A stretch of 64,000 nt of DNA from Moniliella sp. 'wahieum' (taxonomy: Eukaryota): assembly GCA_003971905.1 (NCBI GenBank), contig RSEE01000001.1:1364001-1428000 (forward strand), in the 5' to 3' direction. Positions 63,287-64,000 of the stretch are shown one piece after another. Position 1 is the stretch's first letter, and every line of letters begins with the position of its first letter. The notes beneath the pieces were generated by a model that saw only the letters and a list, made by a program, of their open reading frames with translations, had not been told where the DNA came from and searched no databases. Position numbers and translations under genes: made by a program.

Positions 63287-64000
63287 TACCGCAGGAGCGT
63301 ATACCCAAAATATACCATTTCTTTCTGCTTTACAGTGGTTTTGGTGGTGAATTGTTGCACCAATCTTGAGAGGGGCGGCCTGAGGCGCCACGGGTGCTCG
63401 TACGACTTGAAGCACAAATGAGCCTACTGGATGAGCCTCATCGGCGCGTAGCCTCCGACAAACTTAGTAGGATAAGGCAATGCGGTTTGGCATACGTTTC
63501 CAGGCATGCTGAATCGCTGGAGACAACAGGGGATGGAGAAGGTCGAGATGCATCAGCGGGGAGAGAATGTGTACAGCCTGCAAGCGGAACGCTTCTTTCA
63601 TCCAACTGTGAGCCGCTCCGACACCGACTTTTGAGGAGCATGATGCAGAGGGGTACCCTAGCATACATCGCTTTCGCAGTGTCTGTCTTTGTTTCTCGGG
63701 CCTGGATAGCCGGCCTAACGGTAGCAGCCTTGTAACACGTAACAAGCCAGTGGTATATATCAGTCAGTGCACGGAAGAATAATGGCCAACTCAGGACACA
63801 CTGCAACTGTGCCCCACACCAGAGCTCAGGCTAAGCGCTGATAGCATCAGCAAGGCATTGTTAAAGCGCCAGATGCGACTGTGATCAAAACGATCCATCG
63901 ATCGATGATCGATTATTTTGATCGGCAGCAATTTGCTCCGCAAGTTACACGTTCAGGCGTTGAGGCAAGCTATAGGAGGGTCTGGTGGGATCAGTTGATC

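Overview
This is eukaryotic, GC-rich, intron-containing fungal DNA, most likely a basidiomycete (inferred from protein features and intron style, not a database hit). There is no prokaryotic, phage or CRISPR content. It is a gene-dense housekeeping region. Recognisable genes, in order: RPL43/eL43, a Whi5/Nrm1/Stb1-like candidate, a divergent GCLM-like gene, UNG1, a Yap-type bZIP factor, BCKDH E1-alpha, SGS1/RecQ, TRM11, ARP4, MEX67, an MFS transporter, an Opy1-like double-PH protein, PRPP synthetase, a ZIP9/Atx2 transporter, an Rkm5-like methyltransferase, an ACOT13-like thioesterase, an intron-containing tRNA-Arg(ACG) and an RWD/DUF1115 protein. Several low-complexity hypothetical genes lie among them. 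Almost every gene, including essential ones, is broken by 1-nt indels, which points to an unpolished long-read consensus. Gene models are therefore stitched across frames and their ends are approximate. I found no convincing novel multi-gene system. The best leads are (i) an unrecognised ~30-aa motif present three times in an orphan protein (8.3-9.6 kb), (ii) MCB (ACGCGT) clusters upstream of the Whi5/Nrm1-like gene, UNG1 and SGS1, (iii) recurring intergenic short-unit arrays such as (TTRAACR)n, and (iv) a repeat/hairpin cluster at 58.5-59.05 kb.
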